Shown here: positions 49,479 to 58,923 of the stretch, piece after piece
Position numbering within the stretch: position 1 is the first letter of the stretch
Layout: each line of letters starts with the position of its first letter
From: Planctomycetota bacterium
GTDB taxonomy: Bacteria; Planctomycetota; UBA1135; UBA2386
Direction: 5' to 3'
DNA: 64,000 nt
Assembly: GCA_965223545.1 (NCBI GenBank)
Contig: OZ245006.1
Location: forward strand, 192,001 to 256,000
Notes under the pieces: model-generated
Databases searched by the model: none
What the model was told of the DNA's origin: nothing
What the model saw: the letters and a program-made list of their open reading frames with translations, nothing else
Position numbers and translations under genes: made by a program

Positions 49479-51602
49479 ATGGCTTGGGAAACCGCACTCG
49501 ACCGGCTGGTCCTCTCGCAGATCCACGCCGCGGAGAAGGGCGATCTGCGGCCGAAGGACGTCGAGCAGCTGATCCGCGATCTGCACGGCCTGGCCCCGAG
49601 CCGGCCGACGACGGCGTTCCACATGGGCTACGCCACGGCGCTCCTCGGGCTGGACCTGCCGGCGGACCAGAGCGATCCCGCGCAACGCCGGTGGCACCTG
49701 TTTGGCCGCGTGCGCGGCCACGACCGCTGCGGTGAGCGCAACTGGGTGGCCGACCTGCTGCAGAACACGTCCGCCGTCATGGAGCTGTTGCAGGATGCCG
49801 CGATCGCGCGGCAGTGCCTGCCGCTGGTCCTGCGCACTCTCTTTTGGTGCGAGGACCTCGCGCTGGCGGTGCGCGCCCTCGAGTTCTTGGCCACCGAAGC
49901 GCAGACCGAGGAATCGCAGATGCTGGTCGACGCGGGCCTGAGCGACTTGCTCAGCCGACTCGAGGTGCGCGAGGACCGCGACAACGAGGAGTTCGAGCCG
50001 ACCGCCAGCATCCTCGAGAAGTGCATCGGCTTGCCGTGCTTCGATCGGCTGCCGGACGACGTCCGCGCCCGCTACCACCACGCCCTCGGCGCCCGCCGAC
50101 TGGCCGCCAGTGAGTTCGAAGCCGCGCGCGCGCCGCTGCAGCGCGCGATCGAGCTCGCCACCCGTCATCCGCGGGTCGAGTCCGCGGCGCGCGGGCTGCT
50201 CGCCCTGAGCGAGCTGCGCGTGCACGAGACGCTCGAGCTCGAGCCGCGCGCCGAGCGCGCCGAGCGCGCCGCCGCGCTCGAGATCCTCGACGGTCACGAC
50301 GAGGCGGAGACCACGGTGCCCGAGGCGCTGTTCGTGCTCGGCGTCTTGAGCTACGAAACCGGCGACTTCCAGCGCGCGCAGCGCTGCTGCGACCGCGCCC
50401 TCGCCGACCTGCGCCGCGTCAACGGCCGTGACGTCCAGCTGATCGACCGCACCCGCTTCTTCCTCGCGGCATCGATCCTCGCCGCCGGCAACACCGGTGA
50501 GTCGTCGCGCGCGCTGCGGCTGATGGACGCCGCCCTCGAGCAGAACCGCCCGGACCTCGAGAGCTTCTACCCGGTGCACGAGGCGCTCAAGACGCTCGAT
50601 CGCGGGGTCGCGCTGAAGTTCTTGGACCGGGTCGACATCGGCCGCGGCACGGCGCCCGATCAGCTGCTGTTCATCGCCCTCGAGTACGTGGGCTTGGGCG
50701 AGGCCGAGCCGGCGGCGCGGGCGGCCGACCGGGTCCTGCAGGTCGCCGTCAACCTCGATCAACGCATCGAGGCAATGCGCGTTCTGCTCACCGCGTGCAA
50801 CATGCGCGGCGATCGCGGCGCCGCCCGCGAAGTGTTCTTCTCGATGCGCGACCTGCTGATGCAGCGCGGCGCGTTCCAAGAGCTGGAGAACCTGCTCGAG
50901 AACGAAGAGGCCGTCGGTCAGGCCCTCGACCATCTCGAGGTCAAGTGCGAGCTGGTCGCGCTGTACGAGGAGATGGAGGACAAGGACCTCGACCGCGCGA
51001 TGCTCAAGACCGCGATCGCGCGCTCGCTGCGCGCGCGCAAGGACGTCGACGCGCTGCGCGAGGCGCACGGCCTCCTCAAGGAAGTCGAGATCCGCTTTCC
51101 CGAGCTCGCCACCGACGAGCTCGGCGTGCTCGAGAAGCTGCTGTCGCTGTCCGACGCCGCGCCTGCCGACACCGACGCCGGCGCGCGCGCGGTCGAGTCG
51201 TTCCGCCAGCAGCACGGCCGCGCACCGCGCGTCTTGGTGGTGGGGGGCAACGAGCGCCAGCGCCGCCACCATCCGCGCTTCGAGGAGCTCGGCGGCAACT
51301 GGCAATTCGAGGGCGAGTGGTTGATGGCCAACTACTCGTCGCCGCAGAAGGCCGTCAACGCGATCAACGACCGGCTGAAGACCGGCGTCGACGCCCTGGT
51401 GCTGCTGCACTGGAATCGTCATGAAACCACCGAGCCCGCGCTCGAGCTCGCGCGCCGCGCGGGGATCGCCGCGCGCACGGTGCACTACGCGGGGTTCACC
51501 AGCCTGCAGGTTTGCTTGACCGACATGCTGGAGCGGTTGGGGCGGGCGGAGGCGCCGGCGAAGGGGAATGCCGGCAAGGGCAAGGCGGGAGCCAAGGGCT
51601 GA
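49479..51602 (+). CDS. TPR-like helical protein with C-terminal DUF2325-like alpha/beta domain
   Basis: Helical repeats, then RVLVVGGN...DALVLLHWNRH...ARRAGI; coding-like codon usage. Confidence 0.7.
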   Translation: MAWETALDRLVLSQIHAAEKGDLRPKDVEQLIRDLHGLAPSRPTTAFHMGYATALLGLDLPADQSDPAQRRWHLFGRVRGHDRCGERNWVADLLQNTSAVMELLQDAAIARQCLPLVLRTLFWCEDLALAVRALEFLATEAQTEESQMLVDAGLSDLLSRLEVREDRDNEEFEPTASILEKCIGLPCFDRLPDDVRARYHHALGARRLAASEFEAARAPLQRAIELATRHPRVESAARGLLALSELRVHETLELEPRAERAERAAALEILDGHDEAETTVPEALFVLGVLSYETGDFQRAQRCCDRALADLRRVNGRDVQLIDRTRFFLAASILAAGNTGESSRALRLMDAALEQNRPDLESFYPVHEALKTLDRGVALKFLDRVDIGRGTAPDQLLFIALEYVGLGEAEPAARAADRVLQVAVNLDQRIEAMRVLLTACNMRGDRGAAREVFFSMRDLLMQRGAFQELENLLENEEAVGQALDHLEVKCELVALYEEMEDKDLDRAMLKTAIARSLRARKDVDALREAHGLLKEVEIRFPELATDELGVLEKLLSLSDAAPADTDAGARAVESFRQQHGRAPRVLVVGGNERQRRHHPRFEELGGNWQFEGEWLMANYSSPQKAVNAINDRLKTGVDALVLLHWNRHETTEPALELARRAGIAARTVHYAGFTSLQVCLTDMLERLGRAEAPAKGNAGKGKAGAKG

Positions 51603-51621
51603 ACCGCCGGAGCCCGCGCGC

Positions 51622-53943
51622 TCATCTCGACCGAAAGGCAACTTCGTGTGCGTCGGTCGTCGCGTAGACGCCATTGGCGGCGGCGGGGGACAACACCACC
51701 GCTTGCACGCGCGCACTCCATCCGGACACCGCCGGTGCGCTGATCGAGAGCGCGACTCCCGCCGCCGGTAGCGCGGCCGCGACCTGCGCATCGACGCCAC
51801 CCAGATGCAAGCCGGGCAGCGTCGCCAGCGCGACGGGCGGAGTCCCGAACGGGTGCAACTGAATCAACAGCGCCGACAGCGCTCCCACGAATCGGCCACC
51901 AGGCGAGCTCCAGCGCAGGCTGACCGCGTCTCCCGCGACGGCCGTCTTGCCGCAGGCGCCGGGGTCCCCGTGCCCGTTGACTTGCGACTCGAGCTCGAAG
52001 TCCTCACCCGTGCCGGCCAAACGGCACCAAGTTCCCACGGTCATCACGTGCGGACCGGCCATGCCCGTATTGCGCCAACCATCCAGCAGGTCCTGTCCGG
52101 TGCGGGCCAGGAACGCAACGCTGCCGTCGTTGGCAAGATGCAGGAACTGCACGTACTCCCAGCTCGTCGGCTGGTAGAGCAGCTCGACCGTGGCATAGAC
52201 CGCCTCGGCGGGAGGGTTGAGCATGACCTCATCGTGATGCTCGAACACTCCACCCGGGCCGGGGTCGCCAAACTGCGTGGCTGGCACGGGCAGACAGTTG
52301 CGCCGCTGCGCCTCGTCATAGCGCATGCCGTAGGGCGGAATCCGATTGTCGGACAGCAACGTGTTGTTGAGGGCGAAGTGAAACGTCTCGCGCGCGCTGC
52401 CCGCCGGCAACGCGGCCAGTTGCGCCAGGGTCAGAGTGACGGCCCCGCTGACCCTGTCGAAGACCAACGGCAACGACGGCTTGACACCGAGCGCCAGGAG
52501 CCTCGCGGCCCATTCGCTGGTCATTCCAGGCTTGGCCTGGTAGATCCGCGTGTCGGTGCCGCGCAGATCGATCAAGGACTCCACGGTCGCGGGCGAACCG
52601 CCGATCTGCACTTGCAGCGCCCCGTACTCACCGTCCACCCGTAGTTGCCGCCCGCGGTCATCCAACCAACGCACGCGCAGCCACATCCTGCGCCCCTCCG
52701 GGTAACCCGAGATCAGCTTGTGGCCGGTCAAGTTGTAGACCACGACCGTGTCTCCCTCGACCGACACGGCCGCCGCCAACTCCAGCTGCTGGCGCGCCCG
52801 CTGCTGGCCGACTCCCAGCGCATCCGTCTGACCAACGCTGAGCCCACCACCGACCACCAGGCGTCCCCGCGCGTCGAGCCAGCGGATCAGGTCGGGGACC
52901 CAGTAGTTGCCACCCGTCAGGTCGTGTAGCGGCAGGTCCGGCCGGATGGGGGAGTTGCTCTTGTTGCAACCCGCGCCTTGGACCGGGGGCATATGGCACG
53001 ACTGACACGTGAAGAACCGCGGGGACCCATCGGCGTAGTCGCCGTTGCCACCCGCAGCGGTCGCAAACTCGAAAGCCCGTCGCACGGCACCGCGTTGCAA
53101 CTGCCAAGACAACCGCGAATAGCTGCCAACCGACAGGCCCGGCCACGCGCTCGTCTTGTGCTCGCTGAACGTACGCTCGACCACTCCGTAGGCGAAGGGC
53201 GGATTGTTGAACGCGGCCTTCTGGTCGACCGGCGCTCCGAGCACGCCGCTGAACGAACCCACCGGCAACGGAATCGCGGCGCCGTGGTTGTGGGCGAGGT
53301 CACCGACCACTGGATTGGAGACGTCGTGGCACGTCCCGCAGAAGTCCTCCGAGCGATGAAACGCCGACTGCAGACTCGGATGCCGCGCCACCGAGTCGTC
53401 GTAGGGGCCCATGCGCTCCTTGCCATCCCACAACACCATCATCCCGCTGCCGTAGTAGCCCTCCTTCGGCGACGCCTCGTTGTGGGCCAAGAACGGCGGG
53501 TTCTGCGTACCGAGATGTTCGGAGTCGTCCGGATTGACCAGCTTGTGGCAAATGGCGCACTCGATGCCGTCGACATCCGCGCCGGTCACGGCCGACCCAT
53601 CGGTCGGCGTCGAACGTCCTTCGAGCCAAGCCCGCGTCGTGTGGCAGCGCAGACAGAGGTCACCGACTCCGGGGAAGTCCTGTTCGGCAACCGCCATCGT
53701 GGCCCAGAAGAGCGGGTCGCGCGACGCGTGCGCCATCATGCTACCCCGCCAGTTGAACGCCGGCTCCACGGACGGGTCATAGCCTCCGTGGCAGTTGTCG
53801 CAGTTCGTCACCGAGCCGAGGTTGGCAACCTCGTTCGGCTGAGTGCCCGGTTGCTGCACCTCCGTAGGCACCGTGAATCGGAGCAGGGCGGCCGCAACCA
53901 ACAGCGGTGCACCCGCCCAGACGAGCCTGCCGCGAACCCACAT
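51622..53943 (-). CDS. Secreted pentaheme c-type cytochrome (c554-like N-terminus) with C-terminal beta domains
   Basis: GAGGAGG RBS and signal peptide; CDNCH, CLRCH, CAICH, CGTCH, CQSCH; W.GSMMAHASRDP.F motif. Confidence 0.85.
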   Translation of the reverse strand: MWVRGRLVWAGAPLLVAAALLRFTVPTEVQQPGTQPNEVANLGSVTNCDNCHGGYDPSVEPAFNWRGSMMAHASRDPLFWATMAVAEQDFPGVGDLCLRCHTTRAWLEGRSTPTDGSAVTGADVDGIECAICHKLVNPDDSEHLGTQNPPFLAHNEASPKEGYYGSGMMVLWDGKERMGPYDDSVARHPSLQSAFHRSEDFCGTCHDVSNPVVGDLAHNHGAAIPLPVGSFSGVLGAPVDQKAAFNNPPFAYGVVERTFSEHKTSAWPGLSVGSYSRLSWQLQRGAVRRAFEFATAAGGNGDYADGSPRFFTCQSCHMPPVQGAGCNKSNSPIRPDLPLHDLTGGNYWVPDLIRWLDARGRLVVGGGLSVGQTDALGVGQQRARQQLELAAAVSVEGDTVVVYNLTGHKLISGYPEGRRMWLRVRWLDDRGRQLRVDGEYGALQVQIGGSPATVESLIDLRGTDTRIYQAKPGMTSEWAARLLALGVKPSLPLVFDRVSGAVTLTLAQLAALPAGSARETFHFALNNTLLSDNRIPPYGMRYDEAQRRNCLPVPATQFGDPGPGGVFEHHDEVMLNPPAEAVYATVELLYQPTSWEYVQFLHLANDGSVAFLARTGQDLLDGWRNTGMAGPHVMTVGTWCRLAGTGEDFELESQVNGHGDPGACGKTAVAGDAVSLRWSSPGGRFVGALSALLIQLHPFGTPPVALATLPGLHLGGVDAQVAAALPAAGVALSISAPAVSGWSARVQAVVLSPAAANGVYATTDAHEVAFRSR

Positions 53944-54080
53944 CGAAGCCTCCTCTGAGAAGAGAACGATGCGGCAGCCCCGAAAATTGCCTCGGCTGCG
54001 GGACCGCCCCGGGCACACGCACCTTCTGATAATGTTTGTTATGTCGAACTCAGGGCCCGAGAAGCGATGGGGGCCGCGAC

Positions 54081-54893
54081 TCAGACGGTCTCCACGCGTA
54101 CCGTTTCCCCCAGCCAGCCCCGAGGCCCACGGCGGCCGATGACCAGGCCTTTGTCGCCGGCAGCCAGGCACGCCACCCGATCGCCGGACGGTGTCCACAA
54201 CGCGCTGCCGCCGGCGGCGGGCAAGCCGCCCGAGGTGCCGGTGTAGTTCGCGAGCAGGACTGCCATCTGGTGCGTTCGGGCGCGTTCCGCGAGGCGCTGG
54301 TGCTCGGCCGCGCACTCCGCGGTGACCACGAACGCGCTCACCAAGTAGGCGCCGGCGTCGCGCGCGGCGGCACGCGCAGCGTGCGCGGGATCACCAACAT
54401 CCGCGCAGATCGCCAGCCCGGCGGACAGCGCGCCACAGCGGACATCGACGTCGGCGCTCCCCGGTGCGAACACCGTGCCCTCGGGCGGCGGGATCGGGCC
54501 GCTGGGATTGACCTCCGGGGTGAACGCGCCGAGGCGCTGCTTGGCGTACAGCGCGAGCCTCGGCTGGCCTTCGCCGGCGCGGCCATCGAAGACCAGGGCG
54601 GCCAGCCGCAACGCGCCCGTCGCGTCGCGCACCGGCGCACCGGCCACGAGGATGAGCGAACGCGCTGCCGCGAGCTCGGCCAGCGGCCCGAGCCGCGGAT
54701 CGCCAACGTCCATCGCCAGTTCCGCCGCGCGGTCCAACTCGTAGCCGGTGAGCGACAGCTCGGGAAACAAGAGCAGACGCGCACCCTCGCGCGCGGCGCG
54801 CTGCGCGTAAGCCAGGTGCAGCGCGACGTTGGCGCCGATGTCACCGGCGACGGGCGAGAGCTGCGCGGCCGCGAGCACCGTCTCGGCAGGCAT
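54081..54893 (-). CDS. Carbon-nitrogen hydrolase (nitrilase superfamily)
   Basis: FPELSLTGY, YAK and AICAD give the E-K-C triad. Confidence 0.88.
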   Translation of the reverse strand: MPAETVLAAAQLSPVAGDIGANVALHLAYAQRAAREGARLLLFPELSLTGYELDRAAELAMDVGDPRLGPLAELAAARSLILVAGAPVRDATGALRLAALVFDGRAGEGQPRLALYAKQRLGAFTPEVNPSGPIPPPEGTVFAPGSADVDVRCGALSAGLAICADVGDPAHAARAAARDAGAYLVSAFVVTAECAAEHQRLAERARTHQMAVLLANYTGTSGGLPAAGGSALWTPSGDRVACLAAGDKGLVIGRRGPRGWLGETVRVETV

Positions 54894-54896
54894 GGC

Positions 54897-55316
54897 TCAA
54901 CCATCCGCTCCGGCCGTGCGCTGCGCCACCAGCATCCCCACCAGCATCGCGACGACGAACCACACCGCTTCCGCGCGGAGCAACGCGAGATTGGCCAGCG
55001 CGGGCCCCGGACAGAACCCGGAGAGGCCCCAGCCTACCCCGAAGATCACCGCACCCACGCACGTCCGCGCCGTGATTCGCTGAGACGGCGGCGCCGGCCA
55101 GGCCGGTCGACCTGGACGCGGCGCGGCCCGCGCGTTCATCAGGTGGTACAGGAGCGCGAAGCTGCCCAGCGCACCCGCGAGCACCGCCATCAGCGTCGGG
55201 TCCCAGGCCCCCGCCACGTCCAGAAACCCGAGCACCCGGCGCGGATCGGTCATTCCCGAAAGCGCCAGGCCGGCGCCGAAGAGAGCACCGGGAAACAGCA
55301 GCAGCGCAGCGTTCAA
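54897..55316 (-). CDS. YeeE/YedE family membrane protein (second half)
   Basis: G.LFG.GL.LSGM.DP.RV.GFLD..WDPTL and GWGLSGFCPGP; TTG start overlaps the upstream TGA. Confidence 0.85.
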   Translation of the reverse strand: MNAALLLFPGALFGAGLALSGMTDPRRVLGFLDVAGAWDPTLMAVLAGALGSFALLYHLMNARAAPRPGRPAWPAPPSQRITARTCVGAVIFGVGWGLSGFCPGPALANLALLRAEAVWFVVAMLVGMLVAQRTAGADG

Positions 55317-55753
55317 CGCGGCTCCCCCAGCGGCAGCAGAAGCACGGTGAGCATGGCGCACGCGATGAACACGACGGTGGCGACCACCGAGGGCCGCGCC
55401 CCTCGCCCGATGCCGCACACGCCGTGCCCACTGGTGCAGCCGCCCGAAAGCCGCGTGCCAAACCCGACCAACAGCCCCGCGATCGACACCTGCACCACGG
55501 ATCGCGGCATCGAGTAGCGCGCGGCGTCCGCGCTGACCGCGAACACCGCGCCCGCGCCGGCAACGAGGCCCAGCAGAAACCAGACGCGCCACGCCCTGTC
55601 ACCACGCACGCCGCGCAGGACGCGTGCGACGACGCCGCTGATGCCGGGGATCTTGCCCGTCATCGCCAGCGCCACCGCGCTCGCGCTGCCGATCATGATG
55701 CCACCGATCAGGCCGGTGACGGGCTCGAACGCCAGTGCTGGGTCAGATTCCAT
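55313..55753 (-). CDS. YeeE/YedE family membrane protein (first half)
   Basis: GG.MIG, GKIPGISG and GFGTRLSGGCTSGHGVCG motifs. Confidence 0.88.
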   Translation of the reverse strand: MESDPALAFEPVTGLIGGIMIGSASAVALAMTGKIPGISGVVARVLRGVRGDRAWRVWFLLGLVAGAGAVFAVSADAARYSMPRSVVQVSIAGLLVGFGTRLSGGCTSGHGVCGIGRGARPSVVATVVFIACAMLTVLLLPLGEPR

Positions 55754-55764
55754 CGGACCAATCG

Positions 55765-58700
55765 TCACCCTTTGGCGCGAACCGCCAAGCGCGCAAGCTC
55801 GTCCCGCGCCCCCCACCACAGCAACCCCGGCATCACCGCGAACTCCAACAGCGTCGTGGTCACCAACCCGCCGGCGATCACCACCGCCACCGGGTGCAGG
55901 ATCTCGCGCCCGGGTTGCCCCGCCGCGAGCAACAAGGGGACCAGCGCAATCCCGCTGCTCAGCGCGGTCATCGCCACCGGCACCGCGCGCTCGCGCGCCG
56001 CGCGGCGCGCGGTCTCGGGCGCGAGCGGCGCATCCTCTTCGGCCAGCAGGTGCACGGTGTGATCGACCAGGAGGATGCCGTTGCGCGCCGCGATGCCGAG
56101 CAGGGCGATGAAGCCGACCAGGGTCGCGATCGACACGTCGGTGCCGGTCAGGACCACGGCCGCGACCGCGCCGATCAGCGCGATCGGACGCGATGCCAGT
56201 AGCAGCAGCGCCAGCCGGAGGGAGCCGAAGTGGAGCTGCAGCACCAGCACCATGATGGCGAGGGACACGCCGCTGAGGCCGAGAATCGTGCGCTGGGCAT
56301 CACGCTGGGCGCGGTGCTGCCCGACGAGCTCGAGTGCCACAGCCGACGTTTCGGTCTGCGCGGCGAGCTCGGCCCGCAGGCCCGAGAGCGCCCTGTCGAC
56401 GTCGGCGACGACGTCGCCGAGCGCTCTGCCGGCGACGTTGTGTTGGACCATGATCCGGCGCACGCCGTTCTCCCGACGAATCTCGCTGGGCGCGGGCACG
56501 GAGCGCAATGCCGCGACGTCCGCCAACCGCACCGGCTCACCGCTGGCGCCGCGCACCAGGAGAGCGTGCGCCAACGCCGGCAGATCACCCGTACTCGGCG
56601 TCGCCACGTGCATGGTGATGCCCACGTTGACCGCGCCGTCGGGCAGCGACGACAGCATCACCCCACCCATCGCCAACGAGACCGTTTCCGCCACCGCGCC
56701 GGCGTCGACGCCGAGCTGCGCCATCGCCGTCCGCCGCGGCTCCACCGCGACTTCCTCGACCGCGACCAACGGCTCGACGTAGAGGTCACGCACGCCGGGA
56801 ATGCCCTCGATGGCGTGCTCCACGCGGCCGGCGACCTGCTGCAACACCTGCAAATCGTCGCCGCGCACCGCCACCGCGACCTGCGCGGTCACGCCCGCCA
56901 ACAGATGGCTCAGCAGGTGCCCGAGCGGCTGCTCGACCTCGTAGTCCACGCCGGGGAACGCCACCGCCACCGTGTCCCGAATCTCCTCGAGCACTTCCTC
57001 GCGCGACTGCGCGGAGTCGGCATCCAGCGTGAGCACCGCCTCGATCACGCTGACCGGCATGATGTGCTCGTCGTCCTCGGCCCGACCGCTGCGGCGCGCG
57101 ACGTGCGCGACGCCTTCGATCTCCATCAGCACGCGCTCGAGGCGCCCGCCGAACTCGTGCGAGGTCGCCAGCGCGGTGCCCGGCGGCAGCATCAGGTTGA
57201 CCTGCGCCGAACCCTCGTTGAACGGCGGCAAGAACGCGGTGCCGCGCGTCACGCCAACACCAGTGGCGCAGAGCACCGCCGCGCACACGACGGTCGCGAC
57301 GTGCACCGGCCAGCGCAACCCCAAGCCCGCCAGCCAATCGGCGCCGCCGCGCAGCGGGGCGACGAGCGGTCCGCCGTAGCGCTCGGTTCCACCCTGCTCG
57401 GACCCCTGACGTGCGCCGCCCAACAGCAGGGCGCACAGCACCGGCGTCACCGTCAGCGCGACGAGCAGCGACGCCACGACGCTGACGATGTAGGCCAGGC
57501 CGATCGGCGCGAACAGGCGACCCTCGATGCCGCTGAGGAAGAACAGCGGCAGGTACACGACGGTCACCAGAATCGTGCCGTAGGTCACCGGCCGCCGCAC
57601 CTCGCACGACGCCGCGTACACGACGTCGAGAACCGCGCGCGGCGTACTCGACTGCCGATTCTGCCAGAGGCGCCGGTAGACGTTCTCGACGTCGACGATG
57701 GCATCGTCGACCAGGGTGCCGATGGCGACCGCCAGCCCGCCCAGCGTCATCGTGTTGATCGTCAGCCCGAACGCGGCGAACACCAGCGACGCACACGCCA
57801 TCGACAGCGGCAGCGCTGTCAGCGTGATCAGCGTCGTGCGCACGTTGGTCAAGAACGCGAACAGCACCAGCAGCACCAGCACCGCGCCGTCGCGGACCGC
57901 GTGCAGCACGTTCTGCACCGCGCGCTCGATGAAGTCCGCTTGGCGAAACACACTGCCGACCAGCTCGACCCCGGCGGGCAGCCTGCCGCGCGCCGCCTCG
58001 ACCTCCGCCTGCAACCTCTGGGTGAAATCGATGGTGTCGACGCCGGGCTGTTTGGTCACCACGACCAGCACGCCGGGAGCGCCGTCGACACCGGCATCGC
58101 CGACGCCGACCCGCGCCTGGCCGTAGCCGACCTCGGCGACATCGCCGACGCGCACCGGCCGTGCGCCGCCATCGCGCACCACCGCCGCCGCCAACGCCTC
58201 GGCGTCCGGCAGCCGCCCCCGCACCGCCAGCAGCGGCGCGCGCGCACCCTTCGGCACCCGGCCGCCGACCACGCTGGGGTTGGCCCGACGCACGGCGGCA
58301 GCGAGTTCGCGCAGGGTCACGTCGTGCGCGCGCAGCCGCGCCGCGTCGGCCGCCACCTGCAGCTCCGTCCGGCGCGCTCCCACGGTCACCACCTGCGCCA
58401 CGCCGGCCACCGCCAGCAGCCGCGGCCGCAGATCGCGGTCGACGAACGCCCGCAGTGCGAGCGGCGTGGTCGCCTCGTCCCGACAGGCCAGCCCGAGCAC
58501 CAAGATCTGCCCCATGATGCTGCTGACCGGCGCCATCGCCGGCACCACACCGAGCGGCAGATCGAGCGCGGCCAGCCGTTCGCCGACGATCTGCCGGCTG
58601 TGGTAGATGTCGGCGCCCCACTCGAAATCGGCGTAGACCACCGACAAACCAGCGGTGCTCTCCGAGCGCACGCGGAACACACCGGTGGCACCCGACAGGG

Positions 58701-58914
58701 CGCGCTCGACCGGCCACGTCACCAGCTGCTCGACCTCCTCGGCGCTGAGGCCGGGCGCCTCGCTCATCACCGTGACCATCGGCCGGTCGAGATCCGGCAG
58801 CACGTCGACCGGCGCGCGCCACGCGACCAAGCCGCCGGCCACGCCGACCAGAACTGCGCAGACGCAGACCAGCAGGCGGCGCTGCAGGGAGACCTGGATG
58901 ATGCGGTTCAGCAC
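55765..58914 (-). CDS. CusA/CzcA-family heavy-metal RND efflux permease
   Basis: DVLPDL, EVEQLVT.P.E, NTMTLGGLAVAIGTLVDDAIVDVEN, RNGILL and PV.MTA motifs. Confidence 0.93.
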   Translation of the reverse strand: MLNRIIQVSLQRRLLVCVCAVLVGVAGGLVAWRAPVDVLPDLDRPMVTVMSEAPGLSAEEVEQLVTWPVERALSGATGVFRVRSESTAGLSVVYADFEWGADIYHSRQIVGERLAALDLPLGVVPAMAPVSSIMGQILVLGLACRDEATTPLALRAFVDRDLRPRLLAVAGVAQVVTVGARRTELQVAADAARLRAHDVTLRELAAAVRRANPSVVGGRVPKGARAPLLAVRGRLPDAEALAAAVVRDGGARPVRVGDVAEVGYGQARVGVGDAGVDGAPGVLVVVTKQPGVDTIDFTQRLQAEVEAARGRLPAGVELVGSVFRQADFIERAVQNVLHAVRDGAVLVLLVLFAFLTNVRTTLITLTALPLSMACASLVFAAFGLTINTMTLGGLAVAIGTLVDDAIVDVENVYRRLWQNRQSSTPRAVLDVVYAASCEVRRPVTYGTILVTVVYLPLFFLSGIEGRLFAPIGLAYIVSVVASLLVALTVTPVLCALLLGGARQGSEQGGTERYGGPLVAPLRGGADWLAGLGLRWPVHVATVVCAAVLCATGVGVTRGTAFLPPFNEGSAQVNLMLPPGTALATSHEFGGRLERVLMEIEGVAHVARRSGRAEDDEHIMPVSVIEAVLTLDADSAQSREEVLEEIRDTVAVAFPGVDYEVEQPLGHLLSHLLAGVTAQVAVAVRGDDLQVLQQVAGRVEHAIEGIPGVRDLYVEPLVAVEEVAVEPRRTAMAQLGVDAGAVAETVSLAMGGVMLSSLPDGAVNVGITMHVATPSTGDLPALAHALLVRGASGEPVRLADVAALRSVPAPSEIRRENGVRRIMVQHNVAGRALGDVVADVDRALSGLRAELAAQTETSAVALELVGQHRAQRDAQRTILGLSGVSLAIMVLVLQLHFGSLRLALLLLASRPIALIGAVAAVVLTGTDVSIATLVGFIALLGIAARNGILLVDHTVHLLAEEDAPLAPETARRAARERAVPVAMTALSSGIALVPLLLAAGQPGREILHPVAVVIAGGLVTTTLLEFAVMPGLLWWGARDELARLAVRAKG

Positions 58915-58923
58915 GGCCGCGGC

